DNA of 64,000 nt from Gemmatimonadota bacterium (GTDB lineage Bacteria > Gemmatimonadota > Gemmatimonadetes > Gemmatimonadales > GWC2-71-9). The notes under the pieces are model-generated. The model was not told the origin of the DNA and did no database searches. It saw only the letters and a list, made by a program, of their open reading frames with translations. The stretch spans positions 461,393-525,392 of the forward strand of contig JADJOM010000002.1 of NCBI GenBank assembly GCA_016713785.1, read 5' to 3'. Both the position numbers and the translations under genes were made by a program. Positions within the stretch are counted from its first letter, which is position 1, and every line of letters begins with the position of its first letter. Shown piece by piece: positions 38,991 through 48,095 of this stretch.

Positions 38991-39926
38991 AGGCCGCCGA
39001 GCGGCTGGTCATCGTCACCCGCCGCACCCGGCTGGAGGAGCTCCTGGTGCGCTTCAACACCAGGAGCCAGGCCCGCTTCTTCCTGGAGCGCGGCGGGGCA
39101 GAGTATGCCGACTACGAGGCCGAGCATGAGACCTACCACCGGAGCCTCGACCAACTGCGCCGAGCCCTCGACCTGGGCCTGCCCCGGCAGTTCATCGACC
39201 GGACCCTGGCGCCGTCGTACCTCTTCCAGGCGCCGGACCTGGTGGTGACCGTGGGGCAGGACGGCCTGGTGGCCAACGTAGCCAAGTACGCCACCGGGAT
39301 CCCGATCGTGGCGGTGAACCCCGACCCCGCCCGCTTCGACGGGGTGCTGCTCCCCTTCAGCACCGCGGAGGCCGGGGCCGTGGTGCAGCGGGCGCTCGCG
39401 GGCTCGGCGCCGGTTCGGCGGGTCACCACTGGCGGAGGCGGTCCTGGCCGATGGGCAGCGACTGCTGGCGTTCAACGACCTGTTCGTCGGGGCGCGGAGC
39501 CACGTGTCGGCGCGCTACCGGCTGGAGGTGGGCGGGGCCACCGAGCTGCAGTCCTCCAGTGGCATCCTGGTGTCCACGGGGGCGGGCAGCACCGGCTGGA
39601 TGTCGTCGGTGTTCAACATGGCCGAAGGCGTCGCCTCCTTCACCGGCGGCGCGGCCGGCGCGCCGGTGCGGCTCGCGTGGGAGGATAGCCGGCTGCTGTT
39701 TGCGGTGCGGGAGCCGTTCCGCAGCCGCCAGTCGGGGGTGAGCGTGGTCGCGGGCCTGCTGCCGGCGGGCGAGCCGCTGCGGGTGGAGTCGCGGATGCCG
39801 GCCGGAGGCGTCATCTTCAGCGACGGCATGGAGAGCGATTGCCTTCCGTTCGACGCCGGCGCCATCGCGGAGATCCGCGCGGCCGCGCGGCACGCGCACC
39901 TGGTCACCCGGAACGAGGAGCCATGA
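38987..39926 (+). pseudogene. NAD kinase-fold (ATP-NAD kinase/DAGK superfamily) protein interrupted by a 1-nt insertion near 39428
   Basis: Frame 1 (38987...) gives ...DLVVTVGQDGLVANVAKY...VRRVT. The protein continues in the frame of ORF 39504..39926 from nt 39429 (LAEAVLADGQRLLAFNDLFVGARSH...ILVSTGAGSTGWMSS...). The GQDG, NDLFV and TGAGSTGW motifs parallel the NAD kinase GGDG, NE and TGSTAY motifs. Confidence 0.7.
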
Positions 39927-40591
39927 CCGACGCCAGGTTCACCGTGGACGTGGTGATCTTCACCATCCGGGAGCAGCGGCTCCAGGTGCTGCTGGTCCGC
40001 CGGGGGATCCCCCCGTTCCAGGGCGCCTGGGCCATCCCGGGCGGTTTCGTGCTCGACGACGAAGACCTCGAGTCCGCCGCGGCGCGGGAGCTCATGGAGG
40101 AAACCGGGGTCCGCGACGTCTACCTGGAGCAGCTCTACACCTTCGGCGATCCTGGCCGCGACCCGCGCGGGCGGGTGGTCACCGTGGCGTACTTCGCCCT
40201 GATCCGTTCCGACCAGCAGGTCGCCGCCGGCTCCGACGCCGCCGAGGCGCGCTGGTGGCCCGCCGACGCGCCGCCCCCGCTCGCCTTCGATCACGACCGC
40301 ATCCTGGCCTACGCCATCGAACGGCTGCGCAACAAGCTCGAGTACACCACGGTGGGCTTCCAGCTGCTGCCGGAGCGCTTCACCCTGGGCGAGCTGCAGG
40401 CCGTCTACGAGGCGGTCCTGGGCCGCCCGCTCGACAAGCGGAACTTCCGCCGCAAGCTCGAGCTGCTCGACATCCTGGTGCCCCTCGCCGAACACCGCAC
40501 CGCCGGCCGCGCGCGCCCCGCGCGGCTCTACCGCTTTGCCGCCGCCCGCTTCGAGAAGCTGCGCGACAAGGGCATCCTCTTCCCCTTCTGA
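39923..40591 (+). CDS. nrtR: Nudix hydrolase-domain transcriptional regulator, NrtR family
   Basis: 222 aa with ATGA overlap to the upstream gene. Intact Nudix box [25 protein letters not shown]-terminal winged-helix signature [58 protein letters not shown]...RPARLYRF. Confidence 0.8.
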   Translation: MTDARFTVDVVIFTIREQRLQVLLVRRGIPPFQGAWAIPGGFVLDDEDLESAAARELMEETGVRDVYLEQLYTFGDPGRDPRGRVVTVAYFALIRSDQQVAAGSDAAEARWWPADAPPPLAFDHDRILAYAIERLRNKLEYTTVGFQLLPERFTLGELQAVYEAVLGRPLDKRNFRRKLELLDILVPLAEHRTAGRARPARLYRFAAARFEKLRDKGILFPF

Positions 40592-41589
40592 TGACGCGCC
40601 CGCCCCATCACCGCCCCGGAGGCGGGTACCAGAACCCCTGGCCCGACTCCAACCCCCGCGGCTTCTCGCACCTGGTCCGGTGGTTCTTCGAGCGGAATTT
40701 CACCAACCGCCCCGCCCCCGATCCGCCCCGCACCGCCTTCGACGTGGCCGTGCCCGACTTCGGTCGCGCCGCCCCGGGCGGCTTCGCCGTCACCTGGATC
40801 GGGCACTCCACTGCGCTGCTGGAACTGGACGGCGTCACGGTGCTCACCGACCCGATCTTCGGCACCTACGCCTCCCCGCTGCCCACAGCCTCGCTCAAGC
40901 GCTGGGTGGACCCTCCGGTGTCGGTGGCGGCGCTGCCCCGCGTGGACCTGGTGCTCCTCTCCCACAATCACTACGACCACCTCGACGCGCCCACCGTGCG
41001 CGAGCTGGCCGCGCTCCAGCCGCACGCCACCTGGTGCACCCCGCACGGCAACGCCGAACTGCTGCGGACCCTCGGCGTCTCGCGCATCGAGGAGTTCGAC
41101 TGGTGGGAGGAGCGGGCAGTCGGCGCCGCGCGGGTGGGCTGCACCCCGGCCAAGCACTTCAGCGCCCGTGGGCTGCACGATCGCAGCCGGGCGCTGTGGG
41201 GCGGCTTCACGGTGGCGGTGGGGGGGCGGCGGGTCTACTTCGCGGGGGACACCGCCTACCACCCCGAGTTCGGGCGGGTGGGGGAGCGGCTCGGGCCCTT
41301 CGACCTCGTGCTGATGCCGGTGGGCGCCTACGAGCCGCGCTGGTTCATGCACGTGGTGCACGTCAATCCCGAGGAGGCGGTGCGCGCGCTCCGCGACCTC
41401 TCGGCCGGGAGCGCCACGGTGCCGCTGATGGTGCCGATCCACTGGGGCACCTTCAAGCTCACCGACGAGCCGATGGACGAACCGCCGCGCCGGGCCGCGG
41501 AGGCCTGGCGGGAGGCCGGGCTGCCGCCGCACCGGCTCTGCCAGCTGCGCCACGGCGAGACCCGCGTCTTCGCGCCCGGACCCCGCTGA
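40591..41589 (+). CDS. MBL-fold metallo-hydrolase (Lactamase_B_2, NAPE-PLD-like)
   Basis: 332 aa. The start overlaps the previous stop (TGATG). Motifs include HNHYDH, the N-terminal pattern GGYQNPWP, and WIGHSTALLE. Confidence 0.8.
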   Translation: MTRPPHHRPGGGYQNPWPDSNPRGFSHLVRWFFERNFTNRPAPDPPRTAFDVAVPDFGRAAPGGFAVTWIGHSTALLELDGVTVLTDPIFGTYASPLPTASLKRWVDPPVSVAALPRVDLVLLSHNHYDHLDAPTVRELAALQPHATWCTPHGNAELLRTLGVSRIEEFDWWEERAVGAARVGCTPAKHFSARGLHDRSRALWGGFTVAVGGRRVYFAGDTAYHPEFGRVGERLGPFDLVLMPVGAYEPRWFMHVVHVNPEEAVRALRDLSAGSATVPLMVPIHWGTFKLTDEPMDEPPRRAAEAWREAGLPPHRLCQLRHGETRVFAPGPR

Positions 41590-41593
41590 GCCT

Positions 41594-44221
41594 TCACTCC
41601 CGGCGCAGCGCCACCATCGGATCCACCCGGGAGGCGCGTCGGGCGGGCAGGTAGCTCGCCGCGAGGGCCACCAGCAGCAGCACCAGCGCGGCGGCGCCGA
41701 ACGCCAGCGGGTCGGTTGCGCCCACTCCGAAGAGCGAGGTGGCCAGCAGCCGACCCGCCGCCAGCGCGCCCGCGCCCCCCGCGAGCAATCCGGCGACGGT
41801 CACCAGCAGGCCCTGCCGGACCGTCATTCCCAGCACCTGCCGCGGCTCGGCGCCGAGCGCCATGCGCAGCCCGATCTCGTGCCGCCGCTGGGCCACCTCG
41901 CTGCTCAGCACGCCGTAGAGCCCGAGCGCCGCGAGCAGCAGCGCCGCCAGCGCAAAGACGCCGACCAGCCAGGTGCGGACCCGGGACGCCGCGCTGGCCC
42001 GCGCCAGCTGGCGCTCCAGCGGGAGGATCCCGTCGATGATCAGGTCCGGGTCGATCCGGCGGACCACGGCGCGCACGGCCGCGGTGAGCGCCGCCGGGTC
42101 GCCGCGGGTGAGCAGGGTCAGGGAGGCGAGCGGCCAGTAGGTGCTCCGGTACGAGAGGAACACCTCGGGGGGCTGGGCCGGCTGGTTGAGCTCCACCCGC
42201 ATGTCGCCCACCACGCCCACCACCTCGTGCCACGCCGGCGGCGCGCCGTCGGCCGGGGACAGGTCGAAGCTGATGCGCGACCCCACGGCGCGGGCCTCCG
42301 GCAGGTAGCGGCGGGCGAACTCCTGGTTCACCACCACCTCGCGCACCCGGCCCGCGTCGTCGTCGCGCCACATCCGGCCGGTGAGCACCGGCACCTCCAC
42401 CGTGGCGAAGTAGCCCTCGCTCACCGCGCGATACGCGATGCTCTCCTCCGCCGGCAGCGGCACCCGCGCGGCCGCCGGCTCGCCCAGGCGGATCGGGCGG
42501 CTCTGGGTCCCGCCCTCGAGCGGCAGCCGGTCGGCCAGCCCCACGCGGCGCACGCCGGGGAGCGCGGCGAGGTCGTCGAGCGCCTGGCGATAGAACCCGT
42601 GCAGCCGGGCCGCGTCGGTGTCCCACGGGAACGCCAGCTGCAGCACGAGGACCTGGCCGGGCACCACGCCGGTGGACACCCCGCGCATCTGGTACAGGCT
42701 CCGCGCCAGCAGCCCCGCCGAGACCAGGAGCACCATCGAGAGCGCCACCTGCACCACCACCAGCGCTCGGCGCGCGCGGGGGCGGCCGCCGGTGGTGCCA
42801 CGCCCGCCATCGCGCAGCGCGTCGTGGGTGCGCTCCGCGCGGGCGGCCTGCCACGCGGGCGCCAGGCCGAACAGCAGCCCGCATCCGACGGCCACGCCCG
42901 CCGCGAACAGCGCCACGCGCCAGTCCAGGGAGGCTTCGGCCAGCCGGGGCAGCTCCGCGGGAAGCACCCGGATCAGCACCGGCAGGCCGAGCCACGCCAC
43001 CAGCAGGCCGCCCAGCCCGCCGGCCAGCGCCAGCCAGCCGCTTTCCATGAGGTAGAGCCGGAGCAGGCTGCCGCGGCCGGCGCCGAGCGCCACCCGGATC
43101 GCGGCCTCGTGCCGTCGCTCCGCCGCGCGAGCCAGCAGGAGGCTCGCGATGTTCACGCAGGCGATCAGCAGCACCAGGAACACCGCCCCGAGCAGCAGCA
43201 GCAGCGGGGCCCGCGTCTCGGCCGTCTCCACCTCCTGCAGCGGGGCGAGGGTGGCGGTGAGGGCGGCGTCGGTGTCGGGGTAGCGTTCGCGGAAGCGCCG
43301 CGCGATCGCCGCCGCCTCCGCGTTGGCGGCGGCCAGCGTGGTGCCCTCCGCCAGCCGGCCGATGATCGTGAAGTAGTTCCCGCCGCCGCGCCCGTCCTCC
43401 TGGAACCCGCGCGGGGCGGGGCTCACGAAATCCTGCCCGTCGGGGTAGCGCGCCCCGGCGGCGAGCACGCCGGCGATGGTGTAGCTGGTGGCGCTCAGCG
43501 TCACCGCCTGCCCGACGATCCCGGCCTCCCCGCCGAAGCGCCGCTGCCACAGGCCATGGCTCAGCAGGGCCACCGGGGCCCCCTCGCCCCGCTCCTCCTC
43601 GGGCGTGAAGCCGCGCCCCATGGCCAGCTCGGCCCCGGTCAGCCCGAGCACCGGGCCGAAGGTCCGCAGCAGCGCGTAGCGCTCCGGCTCGCCGCGGCCG
43701 GTGAGCACCGTGGCCTCGCCGTAGAAGCCGGCGAGGTCGCGCACCCCGGTGAGCTCGCGCTGCCAGTCGCGGAACCGGGCGGGGTTGCCGCCGATCATGC
43801 TGCCGGCGCGCGCCTCGCGCAGCATCACCACCGCGGCGTGGTCCGGGATCGGCAGCGGCCGCAGCAGCACCGCGTGGACGATGCTGTAGATGGCGCTGGT
43901 GGCGCCGATACCGAGCGCCAGGGTGAGTACCGCCGTGAGCACCAGGCCCGGGCGGCGGCGCAGGCTCCGCAGCGCCTGCCCGGCGTCGCGGACCGCGGCG
44001 TCGAGCCACGCCACCACGTCCAGGTCGCGCGCCCGCTCCTGCAGCAGCGGCACGTTGCCGAACCGCCGCCGGGCGTCGGCCGCGGCCGCGTCGGGGGCCA
44101 TACCGGCGGCGAGGTTCTCCCGGGTCCGCTCCTCCACGTGGAAGGCGATCTCGTCCGAGAGGTCCTGCGCCACGCGGTCGCGGCGCCACAGGGAGCCGGC
44201 CAGCCGCTCGAGGAGTCCCAT
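41594..44221 (-). CDS. ADOP-family duplicated FtsX/MacB-like permease, second copy
   Basis: Start placed at ATG 44221, 1 nt after the PadR stop and analogous to copy 1; a TTG at 44242 is possible. Same architecture as 21223..23928 (LSDEIAFHVEE helix, two MacB-periplasmic plus FtsX modules). Confidence 0.85.
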   Translation of the reverse strand: MGLLERLAGSLWRRDRVAQDLSDEIAFHVEERTRENLAAGMAPDAAAADARRRFGNVPLLQERARDLDVVAWLDAAVRDAGQALRSLRRRPGLVLTAVLTLALGIGATSAIYSIVHAVLLRPLPIPDHAAVVMLREARAGSMIGGNPARFRDWQRELTGVRDLAGFYGEATVLTGRGEPERYALLRTFGPVLGLTGAELAMGRGFTPEEERGEGAPVALLSHGLWQRRFGGEAGIVGQAVTLSATSYTIAGVLAAGARYPDGQDFVSPAPRGFQEDGRGGGNYFTIIGRLAEGTTLAAANAEAAAIARRFRERYPDTDAALTATLAPLQEVETAETRAPLLLLLGAVFLVLLIACVNIASLLLARAAERRHEAAIRVALGAGRGSLLRLYLMESGWLALAGGLGGLLVAWLGLPVLIRVLPAELPRLAEASLDWRVALFAAGVAVGCGLLFGLAPAWQAARAERTHDALRDGGRGTTGGRPRARRALVVVQVALSMVLLVSAGLLARSLYQMRGVSTGVVPGQVLVLQLAFPWDTDAARLHGFYRQALDDLAALPGVRRVGLADRLPLEGGTQSRPIRLGEPAAARVPLPAEESIAYRAVSEGYFATVEVPVLTGRMWRDDDAGRVREVVVNQEFARRYLPEARAVGSRISFDLSPADGAPPAWHEVVGVVGDMRVELNQPAQPPEVFLSYRSTYWPLASLTLLTRGDPAALTAAVRAVVRRIDPDLIIDGILPLERQLARASAASRVRTWLVGVFALAALLLAALGLYGVLSSEVAQRRHEIGLRMALGAEPRQVLGMTVRQGLLVTVAGLLAGGAGALAAGRLLATSLFGVGATDPLAFGAAALVLLLVALAASYLPARRASRVDPMVALRRE

Positions 44222-44222
44222 G

Positions 44223-44567
44223 TCAGGCCACCGATCCGGCAAAGCGGAGCACGTGGCCCACCCCCGCGATCAGGCGCTCCCAGTTGTCCTGCTCCGCCGC
44301 CAGCTGCTTCCGCCCCAGCGCCGTGATGGCGTAGAAGCGCGCCCGCCGGTTGGTCTCGGTGAGCCCCCACTCGGAGCGGATCCACCCCTCCTGTTCCATC
44401 CGGTGCAGGGCGGGGTAGAGCGAACCCTCCTCCACCCGCAGCAGCTCCTGGGACACCCGCTGGATATGGGTGGTGATGGCGTACCCGTGCAGCCGCCCCC
44501 GCGCGAGGGTGCGCAGGACCAGCAGGGTCAGGGTGCCCTGCAGCACATCGGTGCGGGTACGGGCCAC
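44223..44567 (-). CDS. PadR family transcriptional regulator, second copy
   Basis: 114 aa. Motifs GTLTLLVLRTL...HGYAI...GSLYPALHRMEQEGWI...RFYAIT. Confidence 0.9.
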   Translation of the reverse strand: MARTRTDVLQGTLTLLVLRTLARGRLHGYAITTHIQRVSQELLRVEEGSLYPALHRMEQEGWIRSEWGLTETNRRARFYAITALGRKQLAAEQDNWERLIAGVGHVLRFAGSVA

Positions 44568-44581
44568 GGCGGCTCCAAGGG

Positions 44582-44613
44582 GTAGATGTCTAGCCCTAGA
44601 TATCTATGTCTAC
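44582..44613. promoter_or_regulatory. composite repeat element upstream of PadR copy 2 (candidate operator)
   Basis: GTAGATGTCTAG-CCC-TAGATATCTA-TGTCTAC. It contains a perfect 10-bp palindrome TAGATATCTA (44597..44606), the direct repeat ATGTCTA twice 20 bp apart, and terminal GTAGA/TCTAC inverted ends. It is AT-rich relative to the genome. Confidence 0.4.
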
Positions 44614-44625
44614 GGAGGGAAGATC

Positions 44626-44657
44626 GGCCCCGCCGCACGCGCTGTCAAGGCGGGGCC
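44626..44657 (-). terminator. hairpin downstream of the oligopeptidase B gene
   Basis: GGCCCCGCC-N14-GGCGGGGCC lies 28 nt after the stop at 44685. There is no good U-tract. Confidence 0.35.
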
Positions 44658-44684
44658 GGTCACGCGCGGGGTGGCGGGCCGGCG

Positions 44685-46769
44685 CTAGGGGGTGGCGCCG
44701 CCGGCCAGGCCGACGGCATCGAGCAGGAAGGCGTAGCGGAAGGCGGTCTCGCGCAGCCGCGCGTAGCGGTCGGAGGGGCCCACGTGCCCGCCCTCGAGGT
44801 GGGTCTGCAACAGGAGGGGGGCGTTGCCGGTGCCGGTGGCGCGCAGCCGGGCCACCCACTTGGCCGGCTCCCAGTACATCACCTGGGAGTCGTGCAGCGC
44901 GCCGGTCACCAGCAGCCAGGGGTAGGCCTGCGGGCGGACGTTGTCGTACGGCGAGTACCCCTGCAGGTAGCGGTACTCCTCCTCCCGCGCCGGGTTGCCC
45001 CACTGCTCCCACTCCTGGGCGGTGAGCGGCAGGGTGGGGTCGAGCATGGTGTTGATCACGTCGACGAAGGGAACCTCCGCCACCAGCGCCCGGAACAGGT
45101 CGGGCCGCTCGTTGGCCACCACGCCCATGAGCAGTCCCCCCGCGCTCGCGCCCTGCGCCGTGAGCCGGTCGGGGCGGGTGTAGCCGCGGCGGATCAGCTC
45201 CTCCGCCACCGCGACGAAGTCCTCGAAGGTGTTCCGCTTCCGGAGCATGCGGCCGGCGTCGTACCACCCGCGCCCCAGCTCCTGCCCGCCGCGCACGTGG
45301 GCGATGGCGTACACGAAGCCCCGGTCCACGAGGGAGAGCACGGCGCTGCTGAAGACCGGCTCCACGCTCGCGCCGTAGGCGCCATAGCCGTGCAGCAGCA
45401 GCGGGTTGCTGCCGTCGCAGGGGGCGCCGCGCCGGAGCAGCAGCGTCACCGGGACGCGGGCCCCGTCGCGCCCCGGCGCGTCCAGCCGGCGCAGCTCGTA
45501 GCGCTCCGGGTCATGGCCCCCCGGCACCGGCTGCCGCTTCCGCAGCACCCGTGCGCCGGTGGCGAGCTCCTCGTCGTACACCGACGGCGGCGTGAGCAGG
45601 CTCGAGTAAGTGAAGCGGAACGCCGCGCTCTCGAAGTCGGGGTTGAGGCCCGCCACCACGCCGTAGGCGCCCTCGGCGAACGCGATGGTCCGCTCCATCC
45701 CGCCGGCCAGCGCGCGCACCCGGAAGCGGCGCAGCCCCGCCACCCGTTCGGTGAGCACCAGGTGGTGCCGGAAGAGGTCGAGGCCCTCGACGAATACCCC
45801 GGCCCGCGCCGGCACCACCTCCGTCACCGCGCCACCGGGTTCGGTGAGGCGCACCACCCGGAACTCCGGCGCCCCGTCGTTGGTCACCAGGTAGTACCCG
45901 TCGGGGCCGTGGTCGGCGCGGTACTCGATGCCCTCGCGGCGCGGCAGCAGGAGCCGCGGCGGCGCGGCGGGGTCGTCGCCCGGGATCACCCGGCAGTCGG
46001 CGGTGGAGAAGCTGTCGCTGTCGATCAGGATGGAGCGTCCGCTGCGGGAGCGGCGCACCCCCACGTCGTACAGCGGATCCGGCTCGTCGAAGACGCAGGC
46101 GTCGGCGGTCCGCGGGGTGCCGCGCGCGCGGCGCCACACCGCGTGGCCCCGCCGTGCGCTGTCGGCGGTCATGTAGAAGTAGGTGCGGCTGTCGTCGGCC
46201 CAGGCCACGCCGGTCCACACCTCCTCCAGCCGCTCCACCACCTCGCCCCGCTCGAGGTCCTTGAGCGAGAGCGTGTAGCTCCGCTCGCCCGTGGTGTCCT
46301 CGAGGTACAGGAGCCAGCGGCCGTCGGGGCTCACCTCGAGCCCGCCCAGCGCATGGTACGGGAGCCCGTCGGCGAGCTGGTTCTGGTCGAGGATTACCTG
46401 CTCCGGTGCGTCGGTGGATCCCGCCTGGCGCAGGTACACCGGATAGGGGCGCCCCGGCTCCGTGCGGGTGGAGTACCACCACCCCCGGTACCAGAGCGGC
46501 ACCGACTGGTCCGCCTCGCGCAGCCGCCCGAGGAGCTCCTGGTAGAGGGTCTCGCGCAGCCCCGCGGTGTGCGCCGTGGCGGCGTCGGTCCACCGGTTCT
46601 CGGCCTCGAGGTACGCCAGCACCGCCGGGTCTCCACGCTCCCGCAGCCAGGCGTAGTCATCCGTGCGGACGTCGCCGTGCAGCGTGCGCACGGTGGGATG
46701 GCGCGGGGCGCGGGGGGGCGCCTCGACAGGGGTGGTGGTGCGGCCGGGAGGGACGGCGACGGCGGTCAT
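44685..46769 (-). CDS. ptrB: oligopeptidase B / prolyl oligopeptidase family S9A serine peptidase
   Basis: Start at ATG 46769 with GAGGAG upstream. N-terminal DDYAWLRERGDPAVLAYLEAEN and catalytic GASAGGLLMG are typical of PtrB. 694 aa. Confidence 0.85.
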   Translation of the reverse strand: MTAVAVPPGRTTTPVEAPPRAPRHPTVRTLHGDVRTDDYAWLRERGDPAVLAYLEAENRWTDAATAHTAGLRETLYQELLGRLREADQSVPLWYRGWWYSTRTEPGRPYPVYLRQAGSTDAPEQVILDQNQLADGLPYHALGGLEVSPDGRWLLYLEDTTGERSYTLSLKDLERGEVVERLEEVWTGVAWADDSRTYFYMTADSARRGHAVWRRARGTPRTADACVFDEPDPLYDVGVRRSRSGRSILIDSDSFSTADCRVIPGDDPAAPPRLLLPRREGIEYRADHGPDGYYLVTNDGAPEFRVVRLTEPGGAVTEVVPARAGVFVEGLDLFRHHLVLTERVAGLRRFRVRALAGGMERTIAFAEGAYGVVAGLNPDFESAAFRFTYSSLLTPPSVYDEELATGARVLRKRQPVPGGHDPERYELRRLDAPGRDGARVPVTLLLRRGAPCDGSNPLLLHGYGAYGASVEPVFSSAVLSLVDRGFVYAIAHVRGGQELGRGWYDAGRMLRKRNTFEDFVAVAEELIRRGYTRPDRLTAQGASAGGLLMGVVANERPDLFRALVAEVPFVDVINTMLDPTLPLTAQEWEQWGNPAREEEYRYLQGYSPYDNVRPQAYPWLLVTGALHDSQVMYWEPAKWVARLRATGTGNAPLLLQTHLEGGHVGPSDRYARLRETAFRYAFLLDAVGLAGGATP

Positions 46770-46886
46770 GACTGCGGACTCCTCGACAACCAGCGAAGGC
46801 AGCGGCGAACCCCGGCGACCGGGGAGCGCGAGGATATCTGCCTGCCGTGCCCGCCAGCAAGCCCGAAAGTGCGCCGTTGGGGGCCC

Positions 46887-46917
46887 GAAAACGCGAAAGG
46901 CCGTGGAAGTCACGGCC
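46887..46917 (-). terminator. rho-independent terminator
   Basis: On the minus strand, GGCCGTG-acttc-CACGGCC is followed by TTTCGCGTTTTC. It lies about 100 nt downstream of the small membrane-protein gene. Confidence 0.6.
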
Positions 46918-47015
46918 CCGCCTTGGGATGGCTGGAGTGTCTCGATTTCAGTACGCGTAATGTCCGAAAATCAGTCCCAAACTGGAGGGCATCTCGCCCC
47001 GGAGGGACGGACCGG

Positions 47016-47330
47016 TCAGCCCACGCGATCCCCGGTCCACCACCGCCGGCGGCCCTGCACGGTGCGGAGCGGGCTGAGCGGGGCGCCGACATCGCCCAGG
47101 TCGGGGCGGAAGGGTTTGAGCATCAGGAAGCCCAGGCCAAGCAGCCCGAGGAACCCGCCGGAGAGGAGCCCCGCGGTGTTCCGGAGGGGCGGGCCATCCC
47201 CCATGGGCGGGAGCCCGAGCCCCACGGTGACGAAGGCGATGACGCCGGAGAAGGTGGCGCCGATGCCGAGCAGCCGCAGCATCACGTTGAAGGCGCGCCA
47301 GTGGAACGGGTCGGTGCCGGGCTGGGGCAT
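47016..47330 (-). CDS. small hypothetical membrane protein
   Basis: ATG 47330 is 5 nt after the TetR stop. 104 aa with two or three hydrophobic helices (MLRLLGIGATFSGVIAFVTVGLGL, LLSGGFLGLLGLGFLML). Confidence 0.5.
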   Translation of the reverse strand: MPQPGTDPFHWRAFNVMLRLLGIGATFSGVIAFVTVGLGLPPMGDGPPLRNTAGLLSGGFLGLLGLGFLMLKPFRPDLGDVGAPLSPLRTVQGRRRWWTGDRVG

Positions 47331-47335
47331 GGGGG

Positions 47336-48008
47336 TCAGGCGAGCGGGTCGCGGCCGCTGGTGACCATCTCGGAGTGCAGGATGAAGAGCCGCTTGAGCT
47401 CGTCGACCATGCCCTGCCGGAGCGGCGGGGGCTGGTCCCACGCGGCCTCGAGCATCCGGTGCACGTATTCCACCGCGAACACCGCCTGCAGGCGCCGGTA
47501 GGCCGGCGCGGTGGCCGGGGCCCGGGCGTGCATCAGCGCCTCGACCTGTCCCACGATGGTCTGGTGCAGCTCCTCGCTGAGGCAGGAGGGATGCCGCGGG
47601 TCGCCGGTGGCGTGGAAACACCTCGAGGTACGCGGGGTGGCGCAGCATGAAGGCCACGAAGGGATCGACGATCCCGTTCACCATGTCGCGGATGGGCACG
47701 GCGGCAGCCACCTCGAGGGAGAGCGAGGTGTCCTTGATCCGCCGCATCTCGCCCTCGTATCGGGCGGCCAGGGCGCGGATGATCGCGTCCTTGTTGGGAA
47801 AGAAGTGGTACAGCGAGCCGACCGACGATCCCGCCCGCTCGGCGATGGCGTTGGTGGTGGCCGCCGCCACGCCGACCTCGGCGATGACCGCCTCGGCGGC
47901 GTCGAGGATCTCCTCGACCCGCTTCTCCCCACGCTCCTGCTGCGGCTGGCGGCGCGGCTCCGCCACCCGGCGCGGCGCGCGCTTGCGATTGGTCCCCGGC
48001 CTGGCCAT
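47336..48008 (-). pseudogene. TetR/AcrR family regulator interrupted by a 1-nt insertion (AAA run 47616..47618)
   Basis: The N-terminal HTH (TTNAIAERAGSSVGSLYHFFPNKDAI) runs to ...MLRHPAYLEVF in one frame. The C-terminal ligand domain (HATGDPRHPSCLSEELHQTIVGQVEALMHARAP...) is in the frame of ORF 47336..47554. Removing one base restores a TetR of about 223 aa. Confidence 0.8.
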
Positions 48009-48095
48009 CGGCGGCTGTTCCCCCCTCCGGGCCCCGGTCCGGGTTGGGGGACCGGGGCGGGCGAAAAGATGGTACAACGGCCGGGACTTGACAAG

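Noticed and set aside
44517-44523. A possible extra C near 44520 that seemed to break the PadR copy 2 frame when I counted by hand.
   Set aside because: The supplied ORF track gives an uninterrupted 114-aa PadR with a sensible sequence. My manual count is the likelier error, so no frameshift is claimed.
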